Shown here piece after piece: positions 1 to 13,224 of a stretch of DNA of 64,000 bases (the stretch's first letter is position 1; each line of letters begins with the position of its first letter). A program made the position numbers and the translations under genes. The stretch covers positions 682,001-746,000 of the forward strand of contig NIVC01000412.1 of the NCBI GenBank assembly GCA_002269645.1, in the 5' to 3' direction. A model generated the notes under the pieces. It saw only the letters and a program-made list of their open reading frames with translations. It was not told the origin of the DNA and did not search any database. This DNA is from Macrostomum lignano (Eukaryota).

Positions 1-1139
1 TACACAGCAGCCCTGTCTACTCAGACACACACTAATACACAGCTGTACACAACAGCCCTGTCTACTCAGGAACACACTAACACACAGCTGTACACAGCAG
101 CACTGTCTACTCAGACACACACTAACACACAGCTGTACACAGCAGCCCTGTCTACTCAGGAACACACTAACACACAGCTGTACACAGCAGCCCTATCTAC
201 TCAGACACACACTAACACACAGCTGTACACAGCAGCACTGTCTACTCAGACACACACTAACACACAGCTGTACACAGCAGCACTGTCTACTCAGACACAC
301 ACTAACACACAGCTGTACACAGCAGCCCTGTCTACTCAGACACACACTAATACACAGCTGTACACAACAGCCCTGTCTACTCAGGAACACACTAACACAC
401 AGCTGTACACAGCAGCACTATCTACTCAGACACACACTAACACACAGCTGTACACAACAGCCCTGTCTACTCTGGCACACACTAATACACAGCTGTACAC
501 AGCAGCCCTGTCTACTCAGGAACACACTAACACACAGCTGTACACAGCAGCCCTGTCTACTCAGGAACACACTAACACACAGCTGTACACAGCAGCACTG
601 TCTACTCAGGAACACACTAACACACAGCTGTACACAGCAGCCCTGTCTACTCAGGAACACACTAACACACAGCTGTACACAGCAGCACTGTCTACTCAGA
701 CACACACTAACACACAGCTGTACACAGCAGCCCTATCTACTCAGGCACACACTAACACACAGCTGTACACAGCAGCACTGTCTACTCAGACACACACTAA
801 CACACAGCTGTACACAGCAGCCCTGTCTACTCAGGAACACACTAACACACAGCTGTACACAGCAGCACTGTCTACTCAGACACACACTAACACACAGCTG
901 TACACAGCAGCCCTGTCTACTCAGGAACACACTAACACACAGCTGTACACAACAGCCCTGTCTACTCTGGCACACACTAATACACAGCTGTACACAGCAG
1001 CCCTGTCTACTCAGGAACACACTAACACACAGCTGTACACAGCAGCCCTGTCTACTCAGGAACACACTAACACACAGCTGTACACAGCAGCCCTGTCTAC
1101 TCAGGAACACACTAACACACAGCTGTACACAGCAGCCCT
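1..1139. repeat. 45-bp minisatellite, about 25 copies, runs off the window start
   Basis: Unit TACACAGCAGCCCTGTCTACTCAG(GA/AC)ACACACTAACACACAGCTG; track ORFs show a 15-aa period. Confidence 0.97.
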
Positions 1140-1761
1140 ATCACGCACTTATGCTCTCTGGCAGTCGAATCGTGATCTTTTGCTTAAAGCAATTTCGGAT
1201 TTTTTGTAACAATAAACTCGATCAACTGGATTACTTGAAGTAGAGAAGAAAGGACATTTATTTTAATTTGATTGATAAATAAGTTAAAAACGAATTAAGC
1301 TTCGCACACTTTCACCTGGCCGCGAGTCGCTATTTCTCGCGCTCACCTACAATGGCTAACTAGCCCAGTGTTCGGTTGCCGGGAGGGACATAAAATGAAA
1401 GAAACAGTAGTTCGTGACGAATTGAATTCAAGAGAAGCCGTAAAAACTGTTTCTTTCTGGCAGCTCCCAAAGCCTCTTTAAGAGAATTGTCCTCTCCGGC
1501 CTTTAGGTTGCATGTTTGAGGCTAATTGCTTTGGCCGATCGTTTTGTTGAAGAAATAATTATCAGGAAGGGGTCGGAAACAATTTTTAGCATTTGCTGCG
1601 TTGATTGTGTCTAAAGCCGTTTGGTCAGGTTAATTAAAACACATTTAATATAACGGTAAATAAGGTTACTTTTTAGGTCGTAATTAGGTCTATCAGGGTC
1701 TAGTAGATAATATACAGTCTGTTAGATCTAGTAATGTAGATACTGTAGGCAGACCTTGAGG

Positions 1762-2906
1762 GGTCTGGTAGGTTTTGTGGGTCTGGCAAGTCTAGTGTGT
1801 CTGGTCTAGTGGGTCTGGTAGGTCTAGTGGGTCTGGTAGGTCTAGTGGGTCTGGTAGGTCTAGTGGGTCTGGTAGGTCAAGTGGGTCTGACAGGTCTAGT
1901 GGGTCTGGTAGGTCTGGAGGGTCTGGTAGATCTAGTGTGTCTGGTAGGTCTAGTGGGTCTAGTGGGTCTGGTAGGTCTGGCAGGTCTGGTAGGTCTGGTA
2001 CGTCTGGTAGGTCTAGTGGGTCTGGTAGGTCTGGTATGTCTGATAGGTTTAGAGGGTCTGGTAGGTTTAGTGGGTCTGTAAAGTCTTGTGTGTCTGGTAG
2101 GTCTAGTGGGTCTGGTAGGCTTAGTGGGTCTGTAGATCTAGTGTGTCTTGTAGGTCTGGTAGGTCTGGTAGGTCTGGTAGGTCTAGTGGGTCTGGTAGGT
2201 CTAGTGGGTCTGGTAGGTCTAGTGGGTCTGGTAGGTCTAGTGGTTCTGGTAGGTCTAGTGTGTCTGGTAGGTCTAGTGTGTCTGGTAGGTCTAGTGGGTC
2301 TGGTAGGTCTAGTGGGTCTGGTAGGTCTAGTGGGTGTGGTAGGTCTAGTGGGTCTGGTAGGTCTAGTGGGTCTGGTAGGTCTAGTGGGTCTGGTAGGTCT
2401 AGTGGGTGTGGTAGGTCTAGTGGGTCTGGTAGGTCTAGTGGGTCTGGTAGGTCTAGTGGGTCTGGTAGGTCTAGTGGGTCTGGTAGGTCTAGTGGGTCTG
2501 GTAGGTCTAGTGGGTCTGGTAGGTCTAGCGGGTCTGGTAGGTCTAGTGGGTCTGGTAGGTCTAGTGTGTCTGGTAGGTCTAGTGTGTCTGGTAGGTCTAG
2601 TGGGTCTGGTAGGTCTAGTGGGTCTGGTAGGTCTAGTGGGTCTGGTAGGTCTAGTGGGTCTGGTAGGTCTAGTGGGTCTGGTAGGTCTGGTGGGTCTGGT
2701 AGGTCTAGTGGGTCTGGTAGGTCTAGTGGGTCTGGTAGGTCTAGTGGGTCTGGTAGGTCTAGTGGGTCTGGTAGGTCTAGTGGGTCTGGTAGGTCTAGTG
2801 TGTCTGGTAGGTTTAATGTGTCTGGTAGGTCTAGTGGGTCTGGTAGGTCTAGTGGGTCTGGTAGATCTGGTAGGTCTGGTAGGTCTAGTGGGTCTGGTAG
2901 GTCTAG
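1762..2906. repeat. 18-bp tandem repeat built from two 9-bp subunits
   Basis: Unit GGTCTAGTGGGTCTGGTA; produces the RPT/LVG/DPLDLP ORFs. Confidence 0.97.
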
Positions 2907-3585
2907 AAGGCGCAAACTCTAGAAGGCCCAATAGATCTTAAAGGAACCCCGCATCGACCTCATAACAGGTTCAATCAAAGTCTCTAAACTTCGTCTAGCC
3001 ATGGGTCTCTTTGTGTCGAAGCATGCTTTTTTCTCTCCTCATTGTTGAACCGTTGAAGGCCAATGGTAAACACGGTTTCCTGATACGCTCGCTGCTAAGA
3101 CGGACCTCTTAAACTTCCTTTCTTCTTTAAACTATTGTCGTGCACTGCCTGAAAGAGGGAGAAAGCCACTCACTTTTTTCACTACTTCTCCTTGCGGTTC
3201 TCCGGTTAGGGTCTGTTCTTCCGCTCCACGTCAGGGCTGGGGTCGACTTTCAAGTCCGGAGGGGATCCGTGGAGGCAGCCGCAGTCACTGTCTCTCTCTC
3301 TCCCCTTACCTCTTCTCCTCAGAAACTAGCTGGCTTGAGTCGTTCGACTCTTCACACGCAGGCACCCGTACGGTTGCCAAACAAGCGCCCAGACGAATAA
3401 GAGAAGTGCCACTCAACGCTTCCTACTCTTTATATTTATCCACCTACTGCAGGCCTCGGGAGAGAAATGGGGCGGGAAAGTTTTCACTAATAGTTTCTGT
3501 CAGTGTGTAAATATGCACGGTTTCTCTGGTGGTATAATACCACTGTTATGAGTCCAGCATCGAATGTGATTGATTGGATTGGATT

Positions 3586-4752
3586 GATGGTAGCTGGAGG
3601 CGGGTGGCTGATGGTAGCTGGAGGCGGGTGGCTGATGGTAGCTGGAGGCGGGTGGCTGATGGTAGCTGGGGGCGGATGGCTGATGGGAGCTGGGGGTGGA
3701 AGGCTGATGGTAGCTGGGGGCGGGTGGCTGATGGTAGCTGGGGCGGATGGCTGATGGTAGCTGGAGGCGGATGGCTGATGGTAGCTGGAGGCGGGTGGCT
3801 GATGGTAGCTGGAGGCGGGTGGCTGATGGTAGCTGGGGGCGGAAGGCTGATGGTAGCTGGGGGCGGGTGGCTGATGGTAGCTGGGGACGGATGGCTGATG
3901 GTAGCTGGGGGCGAAAGGCTGATGGTAGCTGGGGGCGGATGGCTGATGGTAGCTGGGGGCGGAAGGCTGATGGTAGCTGGGGGCGAAAGGCTGATGGTAG
4001 CTGGGGGCGGATGGCTGATGGTAGCTGGGGGCGAAAGGCTGATGGTAGCTGGGGGCGGATGGCTGATGGTAGCTGGGGGCGGAAGGCTGATGGTAGCTGG
4101 GGGCGAAAGGCTGATGGTAGCTGGGGGCGGATGGCTGATAGTAGCTGGGGGCGGAAGGCTGATGGTAGCTGGAGGCGGATGGCTGATGGTAGCTGGGGGC
4201 GGATGGCTGATGGTAGCTGGGGGCGAAAGGCTGATGGTAGCTGGGGGTGGATGGCTGATGTTAGCTGGGGCGAAAGGCTGATGTTAGCTGGGGGTGGAAG
4301 GCTGATGTTAGCTGGGGTGGAAGGCTGATGTTAGTTGGGGCGGATGGCTGATGGTAGCTGCGGGCGGAAGGCTGATGTTAGCTGCGGCTGGAAGGCTGAT
4401 GTTAGCTGGGGGCGGATGGCTGATGGTAGCTGGGGGCGGATGGCTGATGGTAGCTGGGGGCGGATGGTTGATGTTAGCTGGGGCGAAAGGCTGATGTTAG
4501 CTGGGGTGGAAGGCTGATGTTAGTTGGGGCGGATGGCTGATGGTAGCTGGGGTGGAAGGCTGATGTTAGTTGGGGCGGATGGCTGATGGTAGCTGGGGTG
4601 GAAGGCTGATGTTAGTTGGGGCGGATGGCTGATGGTAGCTGGGGGCGGATGGCTGATGGTAGCTGGGGGCGAAAGGCTGATGGTAGCTGGGGGCGGATGG
4701 CTGATGGTATCTGGGGCCGGAAGGCTGGTTGCGAGGGGCGGATGGCTGATGG
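3586..4752. repeat. 24-bp (some 23-bp) G-rich minisatellite
   Basis: Unit GCTGATGGTAGCTGGGGGCGGATG; 8-aa periodic ORFs. Confidence 0.96.
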
Positions 4753-5828
4753 TGACAAACAGTCTTCAAATGCACTTCAGCACCAGGTGCGACTCCAGTA
4801 CAGTATAAGAATCCCTATGGAATTTTTAAACTGGGTTCTCTTTCGGCAGGAGAGGCGGGCCGAACCCTCAGGACAAAACGGAACGGATGAAAGGCAAGCC
4901 AGGGCCTCTGCGATTCCCGTCCACTTATCGAAGGCTGGGCAGGGAAATTAACAGCTCGCATTTCCATCCCATACAGGCTGCCACCCCCCCCCCCCTTCTT
5001 CGCTCCGCTTGCCCTCTGGGAGAGCGGGGAATGCGCGATATATTATAGCCAGCTATACGGTACAAGAGGGGAATAGGATGGGGGCCGTTGAATCGAGAGG
5101 AATACCCCTCTGGCCTACGTGCCGTGCAATGGGGCTTTTAAAAGCCGGGTGGGCGGGGTAGGGCCGGGGCAATGGGAAGAGCGACTTAAGCTGCGGCTTC
5201 CGCGTGGCGCCGGTGGGAGAGAAGGAAATTCAAGCAGAAGGAGGATGCAGGGGACGAGGCTGGGAAATTGGTTGGGGAAGGCAGGGAAGACACGCGAGAA
5301 ATGCGGCCGCTGAAATTTTGCGCTCTCGCCCACCCTCAGCGAGCCCTCTCTGGCCTTCGTTCAGCTGCTCCTGCAACCCTCCATCTTCGACTGCGAGCTC
5401 GCTTTCAAGTGGCGAATATGCGGTTGGTTATCAGCAGTGCGCACTGCCAAGTGGAAAAAGAGAGAGAGAGAGACAGAGACAGAGAGAGTTGGAGCAATAT
5501 TGGAATTATGCTTCTTGCCACGGCTACACTGCAATTTTTAGGACAGCAAATCTGACGCCAGATGGTGAGGCAATCGGAGAGCAAGGCGGGCACGCACAGA
5601 TGCACTCTGCATAGCGGTTTTGTCCTTTGCTCCGCCACCGCAGCATTTGCGATTAAGGACAGCGTCCGAGCCTACAAGTAATCACTGCACTCGCAAAACA
5701 TCTCAGGACACCCGCACTACATGTGAAAAAGTCTTTAGGCAACAATAAGTTCACCAGCCATGCAATCATCTGACAATGTACTCCTAAAACCAAGCACTAA
5801 CCACCACTTCACTTACCAAACACTCAAC

Positions 5829-6555
5829 AACCAGATACTCCAGCAGAAAAGCACTCAACACAACCAGATACTCCAGCAGAAAAGCACTCAACAACCAGAT
5901 ACTCCAGCAGAAAAGCACTCAACACAACCAGATACTCCACCAGAAAAGCACTCAACACAACCAGATACTCCAGCAGAAAAGCACTCAACACAACCAAATA
6001 CTCCAGCAGAAAAGCACTCAACACAACCAAATACTCCAGCAGAAAAGCACTCAACACAACCAGATACTCCAGCAGAAAAGCACTCAACACAACCAGATAC
6101 TCCAGCAGAAAAGCACTCAACACAACCAAATGCTCCAGCAGAAAAGCACTCAACATCCAAATGCTCCACCAGAAAAGCACTCAACAGCCAAATACTCCAG
6201 CAGAAAAGCACTCAACATCCAAATACTCCACCAGAAAAGCACTCAACAACCAAATACTCCACCAGAAAAGCACTCAACAACCAAATACTCCAGCAGAAAA
6301 GCACTTAACATCCAAATGCTCCACCAGAAAAGCACTCAACAGCCAAATACTCCCGCAGAAAAGCACTCAACATCCAAATACTCCAGCAGAAAAGCATTCA
6401 ACATCCAAATGCTCCACCAGAAAAGCACTCAACAACCAAATACTCCACCAGAAAAGCACCCAACAATCAAATACTCCAGCAGAAAAGCACTCAACAACCA
6501 AATACTTCACCAGAAGAGCACTCAACACTACCAAATACTCCACTAGAAAAGCACT
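5829..6555. repeat. 31-33-bp minisatellite just inside innexin intron 2
   Basis: Unit close to CAACCAGATACTCCAGCAGAAAAGCACTCAACA. Confidence 0.95.
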
Positions 6556-6601
6556 CCTCGGAGAGAATACTCGATCTTAAACAAAGCAACTTTCAACTCA
6601 C

Positions 6602-7235
6602 GTCTGATTCTTGGTCCCCAGTTTTCGAATAGTCAGGTGACAGTAAGTCACCCGGGGAAAATTGGACGTCTCAGTCCAGTCGCGGCCCTCGATCAGATTT
6701 TTGAGCACTTCGTACCCAAACAGAGTGCTATTGGTGCCGATGAACTTTTGCATCAAATAGATCTGACCAATAGCGTTGCCGACAAACATCAGCCGGACAA
6801 TGAGGAAGAGTATTGTAAGCCGCATCGACGGGCTGAAGCAGAATATAAATTTTTCAACTACGCCTCGAACGCGGGAGTAGCGCCTCGTGGCCTCGGCTTG
6901 CTCTTCCAGCACCGCCACCAGGCAATGCACCGCTTTCCGACGAATGTCAGAGTCTGGTATGGCCGCATTCCGAGCGTTCTTGATCAGGATGGGCAGCCGG
7001 CGCGCTCCCACCCGCCAGATGAGGTGCGGTATCCAGGTAATGATGGCCTGGCCCGCTAGAACTATGGCCACCCATTGGTAATAGGTGATGAACTTTGCGT
7101 TGGGCAGATCCCTCGGCGAAGGGATCGGCTTGTCGGGGTAGAGGAAGTACGTGTTGGACACCCAGCAGTAGTTTTCGGCGAAGTCCTCCCAGGCTTTGGA
7201 GAATTCCTGCGGCACCCAGCACTGGATCGGCTTGC
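6602..7235 (-). CDS. inx: Innexin, coding exon 2
   Basis: GKPIQCWVPQEF...AENYCWVSNTY...YYQWV...FPRVTYC innexin motifs; acceptor CAG at 7238-7236; donor GTGAGT from 6601; phase matches exon 1. Confidence 0.93.
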
Positions 7236-10142
7236 CTGCGCACGAACGGAGTGTGTGACTGCATGTTGTCAAAGTGTACTTCAAGTTTTTACAGGCTAGA
7301 TTCCTTGCTGTAGAAAACAAGATTTTCGATAGCAAACTAATAAAAATAAGAATGACGTTTATATCAGAAAATAATAAGTGCAGAATGAATTGAGAATGTA
7401 CTCCTGCTTAGGGTCATCAGACTGTAGCCTGAGTCTGGTGTAATCGAAAACTTTTACTTCCGATCCCGCTCCCACTGTTGGAACTGGTGGCGGGCTCATC
7501 ATCCATCGCTAGAGGAGTCTCCTCAAGCTTTACACTGGGGTGGGAGGCTGGCGAAGGCTCATGAATACTCGCGCGCGCTCAGGCTGCAGACACGAGAAGC
7601 TGGGGAGCAAAGGCCCCGGAGGGGGGCTACGGGATGAGGAAACCGTTGAATAATTCACAGCAGAAGTCTCAACGACAAGGAGCAGGTTTGGAGAGAAGAG
7701 GCTTGGGAAGGGATAGCGAAGAAAGTTTCTCCACCAAACTCTGGGGGGGGGGGGGGGGGCGCTGGGTGAAGGGGCGCCAAACCTCCCGCTCCACGATCCC
7801 AGAGCTAACCAACAACATACTCAGGACGAGCTCCTGTTCATTCCTTCACCGGTGTTGAGTTGAGTGAGTGAGGGAGTGAGAGAGAGAAGAAAAAGAAAGA
7901 GAGAACGGGTGCGGAATTCAAGGGACTATTGATCCAAGCTGTGAGTGGAGAATGAGAAAGAGCGAGAGAGAGAGTATGTGTGTATTTAGCTATGCCTATG
8001 GTCAGAATGAGCTAGAGAGGAAAGCTCGTCCATTGTGGATCAAGTTTACAGACTTGCAGCAGCATGTAGCCCAAAAAAACTATATACTCGTAGATCCATA
8101 TACATATGGGCAATATATAAAAATATACATAACGCTCGCTAGTCTCAAGAACTGGGGCGCAGCACGCGGAGGCGGACCTTGAGGAGGGTGGCGCTATGCT
8201 ATTGTAGTCGAGGATCTTACTCACTTCCTGGCACTATTTAGCTAAAAACTCTCTGGCCTAACGTTACACAGTAACAGTGGTTCCGAGTGGTTGGCGGGGG
8301 ATTCACCCCCTTTACTCTGTGTTGGGAAAGCGTTTCTGTTGCCTGTGAGCGCACTTTCAAGCACAGTTACCATTTCCTTACTGTGCCTGAATTTAATTGC
8401 ACCCAAGAGTCAGTTCGCCGCTACCAGTGCAGTTTTTGCAATGCCACTGCGTGACGCCCGTCAAGCTTGTCTAGATAAGCTGGATCGCTGCTAGCGACAC
8501 TGGGACTTGCGAAGCAAGCTTTAAAAAGCCCCATGGCATTGGCAAAAAACCTAATAAACTACCAACGCAAGATAGATTTAGCAACGCTGGGAATGTTAAA
8601 TGCACACAATTAAATGGTCCAAAATGTCAAACTATGCTGACCAAGCTGAACCCAGAGCGTAGGCGCATCCGATCCAGCTGGCTAATCCCGGTTTCCGGAA
8701 TTCGGTTTTACGATGCAGCGACCGGCATTACGGCAGCTCTTGTCCAGAGAATAATTCTGGACTGTGAGGCCGCAGCTCGTTTCTCCGACGCAAATTTGCT
8801 CGGATGAGGAGCCCCATTCGACTGATTTAGATGAGGGGGGGGGGTTGCGGCAGAGTGAAGAGAAGCTGGGAGAGTTTGGAAATCGAAGCGAGTGGTTTGA
8901 GCTGGGGCAGCAGTTCGTTTCTGGCGCTGACTGAACTGGTGCTGGGAGGCGGCGGACCCTAGCAACAAACATTTTTCTCGCATAAACGTCAGTTCGATAC
9001 ATTGTCCCACAGGAGCTCGTTGAGGTCCTGCTTACTGAGGGGGGGGGAGAAGAGGGAGGAAGAAGAGGGCGCGGCGAGCGAGGATGTGGGGTAGGCATAA
9101 ATAAATATTCCCCAGGTCACGGCCGGCTTTGCCTCCTCATCATCGCCCATCGGATGGCGGCATCCTAGCAGGCGCGACGCGGAGTCCCTCCACCAGCGGC
9201 TGACGCTAGTGCCAGCGTTTGTCCCCCACTGCGGTGACTCCCCGGGGAGAGGCGGCTGTCCCCAGTCACCCTCTTATCCTCGCTAACCTCATCCTGATGA
9301 AAGAAACGCCCGCAGATCCTCAGACTCAGTCCTGTGCGCTGCCTAGGCTGAATTACATGCTCTTGTGACTTTCGAACATGCAGTCATTCGGCCTGCAGGA
9401 ACTGTTTTCACGTCAGCGAGCTGGCGCTAATCGAGGCCCGTGTTTTCTAGCTGTACAAGGGCACGCCGTGCAGTGTGATTGGGTGCATGAATGAGTGCAC
9501 AAAGTAGCCTTGTCCGACTCTTAAAGCGTATATTCAATTTGTTGGAATCGATTTTTAATTCTTTTGAAATTTGTCTTCCTAGTCAAAGTTTTCTCGAGTT
9601 TGCAAAAAAACCTATTTTTGGTCTTTTAATTTTAATCTTCCTACTCACTTCGTGCACTTTTGAATGAATAAAAGGCCCGGTTACTTCTGATAAGCCTCTG
9701 TAACTGGACAAAGTCGGTCTTAATCTGACGTTCATCCCAGTCGCAATCTCGTCAAATACAACCCCGAAACCTGCATCTATGCATTGATTATTTTCTACAC
9801 ATATTGAAAATTAAGTCAGCCCAAGGGCTAACGGAGATTCACCGAAGGGAAACTCAGCATTCAGATCCTTTTGCAATTTCAAATACTGTCAAAAATATTC
9901 ACCACATGCAGCGCCGTTGCCTGAAGCGCGATGAGTCAGCCCAGCTGAGACGTTAATTTATCCTACCCCAAATTGCGAGTGAAGAAGATTCTGTCGGGAC
10001 GGTTTTTATCAAGACTTGGCTTGTGATCTTCCGTGAAATTCGTCCCAATGAGCTTGATTTGTGAGCATGGACTCTGAAGCTATCGGTAAGGTTTGGATAA
10101 ATTCATACATAAACTCGCCTAAAGCGCACAATTTTTAATTGA

Positions 10143-10198
10143 TATATATATATATATATATAGATAGATAGATAGATAGATAGGTAGGTAGATAGACA
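10143..10198. repeat. (AT)n/(AGAT)n microsatellite
   Basis: Visible directly, next to the innexin exon 1 donor. Confidence 0.85.
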
Positions 10199-10225
10199 GA
10201 CGCGTAAACAGTCAACAGTACCTAC

Positions 10226-10376
10226 CAACATACTGTCGCAGGCCGATGATACCAATGAAGATGATCATGATGCCACCTGTGAACTGGTAGTTCAGCTGAT
10301 CGATGAAGTCGACTCCGTGGCCGCCGTACGGCGTCTTGAAAATTCGGCCAAGCTTGAGCACGAATCCGGCATCCAT
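10226..10376 (-). CDS. inx: Innexin, coding exon 1 (not in the ORF track)
   Basis: Manual translation MDAGFVLKLGRIFKTPYGGHGVDFIDQLNYQFTGGIMIIFIGIIGLRQYV(G); 151 nt, phase 1; donor GTAGGT; joins exon 2 as RQYVG-KPIQCW. Confidence 0.92.
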
Positions 10377-11810
10377 GTCGGACTCTAGTCAGGTGCGAAT
10401 GGCCAATTAAGTGCTGGCAGATTCAGCCAAGAAGCAAGTCGAGTACCTGCAGTCCCAGTTTAGATGCAATTTTTCTGGGCATTTTCGCCTCGACCTGATC
10501 CTAATTTTTTTCCGGATCTGTCGTTTGTCTGCCGGCCTCTCTCTACTTCTGTCTGTCTTTCAGTGACAGGCTCTCTGTGTGTGAAGATATAATTGACGCA
10601 GAAGTGACACGGGTCTCGGGGTATTTTTAGTTGTCCAAGAGTATTTTAAGCCTGCTTGGTCAGTCTCTTTCTCTCTTTACCTTCCTCCCTCTTCACAGTT
10701 GTACCACAAGGTCCAGCTCTTATGGCGGTTAGCACTGCCGTCCAGTGTACTACCTCTCTGGTTGCACTGGGGGATTTGCAGCTTAGTTGGTAATTGAGAA
10801 TAGGCGGGGTTTGGGATCCGGGAGGTCTGGGGGATCTGGGGTTGGTCAAGGTAAGCGGACGCCCTTCAGCAGCGACAGCAGCGGCAGCAGTGGACAGAAA
10901 ACAGTTTTGGGTTCAACTTTTTATTTCTGGGATTTCGGGCGCGCGCTTGGCGTGGCTCTCACTGGGGGGATGGGGGAGAAACGGAGGGGACGAGAAGCAG
11001 TGTGTGTGTGTGTTTGTGTGGGACGGGAAAGAGAGCGGCGTTGGGTGGGGAGTTTTGGAAACGGGGAAGGATTGGTTGGGGTGAAATCCCCCTAGTCAAT
11101 TTATTGACGGAGCTGGTGTGTGCTCCGCAGCAGCCTGCCCTCTCCCTTTGGAACTCTGTACGACAGACTAAATTTATCCCATCTAAGCCCAAAATTTCCC
11201 CTTTACTCCCTGCTACAGTATACTGGGGTCGGCTTGTCCTCCGAACCATTTAACAAGCTTAGCCCCCAGAGCCCCCAAGGCCCAGCGCCACTGGGGAGCG
11301 AGTGGCTTCTGCTGCGGGAGTTGCTCCGGGAGGGGGTTCAACTGGCTAGTCTAATATACTAGGAGCGTAAAATAGTAAAGTAAAGAATGAACTATAGAGA
11401 TCTACCATCCTCCCATTCTCTGATGCGGTGTCCGCTACTCGTCTGTTGGCTTGCATCGGCTTAATAATTAGCTAGCTATATGATGTATCATTCTCTAATT
11501 ATATATCTCTGCCCCCTCTGCACACCTCAAACATTCAATGGACTTGATTCAGCCGTGTATTTACGTTGAATCCCAACGCGGCCTCTCGCATAACACTCTG
11601 ATTAACGGTGCAATTATCTTTAGCTATCTAATAATTAGTTTTATTGCAGTCAGACCGATCCACCCAGAGCCGTCAGCACACTATATACCACTAGCTTGTG
11701 CGCTATAGCTGCATTCACTCTACTCTGGGTGGATCGGTCTGACTGCAATAAAAACTGAGTCCCCCTCTCATCTTATGCCGACAGAGAGAAAAGAGCGGGT
11801 GAGAGTGATG

Positions 11811-11869
<59 letters not shown>

Positions 11870-11946
11870 GAGAGAGGAGGGCGCCTCCAATCTCAGGCAC
11901 GGACGCGGTACATGTAAAAAGGACAAACAAGTCAAGATGATTTAAG

Positions 11947-11987
11947 TTGCCGATATTTCGAATTAGGTAAATTCTTCGTCAGGGCAA
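11947..11987 (-). ncRNA. Minimal type I hammerhead ribozyme
   Basis: Minus strand reads TTGCC-CTGACGA-A-GAATT-TACCT-AATTC-GAAA-TA-TC-GGCAA: 5-bp stem I, conserved core, 5-bp stem II, vestigial palindromic stem III, UC cleavage site. Confidence 0.8.
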
Positions 11988-12591
11988 ATGCAAAGTAGCG
12001 ACAAGTGGTGTTGTAAAAGTTATTAAATAGGCGGGTTAGAGGGGAGAGAGAGTAGGCAGGTAGATAGAGAGCGTACGGTATGTACACTTGGTGTGAGTCG
12101 ATAAAACACTATTAGAGTTGAAAATGCAAAATAAAAAACAGTGCACAAATAAAGTGAACCGCACGTGGGCTGCAGCGATCCTACACACGAAATAAATAAT
12201 GGAATAGTGCGACTGCACCGGTGTCTAAAAAGGGGAAAGAGTGACTCTAAGCACTTTACAAAATTGACCTCAATAAATAAATAAGCAGTAAATCAATAAA
12301 TAAATAAATAAGGTGAAAGGCCCTCAAAAACTTAAAAAAGAGCAATTGTACGATAAGCAAAAGAGTAAAAGTAAAAAGTGTAATAAAAAGTACAGGGTGT
12401 CAAGAAACAATAGAAATGTTGATGCAGAATAAATGCTGAGAATATACAAAAGCTGTGCTTGGGCTAGCGATAAGAATAAAAAAATTTCTAAGAAAGGAGC
12501 AATAAAAGGCTTGGTAGGTATCGGCACGGTCTGACAAAGGTAAGTAGTAGGGAAAGTGAAGTAAAAAATCAAAAGGAAAAAATAAAAAAAT

Positions 12592-13219
12592 TCAATCAGT
12601 GGTGGACTCCAGTCGACTGGGACAGAGCAGCTGCCGGAGGTTCCGCCCTTTGGTGTAGGCGGGCAGCACCGGCGCCTCGCAGCACCGGGCCACGCGGTCC
12701 TTCACCGCGGCCACCAGGGCGTCCGACCTCGCACAATGGGGCAGGATCAGCGGGATGGCCGGGTTGTGCAGCGTGCCGGCAAGCTCGTTGACGCCGTGCG
12801 GGGTTTGAGTCTTTAACACCTCGATGAGCTTGGCCTCGTGGCGCTGCCGCCGCTCGTTCGCTCTGGGTCCCGTGCCGTCACGAGACCAGATGCCGGTGAA
12901 GGCGAAGTCCGCCAAACTGTGGCCATCACTGGTGAAATGGCGGGCCACCGGAGTGTCACGGGCGTGCCGGATGTCGCCGATGTGCGCCAGCATGCGGCCG
13001 CGGATGCTGTTGGCGGTCTCGCCTACGTAGATCGTGTGGTCGCACCGGCGGCAGAACACGGCATAGACGGCGTTGGTGGCGTTGCAGTCGATCCGCTGAC
13101 TGATGATGAGCTGGACTGTCGTGGCTGCTGATCCGGGGCAGACGGAGGCGAACCTGGCGTGTGCCTGGCAGCACCTGCACAGCCGGGTCGGGTTGCACGG
13201 CAGAAAGCCGAATTCCCAC
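12592..13219 (-). CDS. PLE Cys linker plus GIY-YIG endonuclease (3' part of the interrupted ORF)
   Basis: RWEFGFLPCNPTRLCRCC...NAVYAVFCRRC..IYVGET...RMLAH...VARHF...E..LI..LKT..PHGVN; same frame as the RT. Confidence 0.93.
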
Positions 13220-13224
13220 CGTCT

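Noticed and set aside
1-1139. Branch-point consensus CACTAAC in every 45-bp unit
   Set aside because: It is on the strand opposite the innexin transcript and no plus-strand gene is evident here, so it is probably coincidental.
5405-5460. TWQCALLITNRIF after a pyrimidine tract, resembling innexin exon 3
   Set aside because: Splicing from the phase-2 donor to the CAG acceptor reads T-A-H-C-stop, and the motif-like frame also stops within 12 codons.
9294-9320. CTGATGA...GAAA hammerhead-like core (similar cores at 7414-7420 minus and near 45383)
   Set aside because: No stem II, or no GAAA at the right spacing, and no stem I pairing.
12592-12594. TGA of the PLE ORF as selenocysteine, as reported for some Naiad PLEs
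   Set aside because: It follows a complete endonuclease domain, there is no internal in-frame TGA, and I could not recognise a SECIS.
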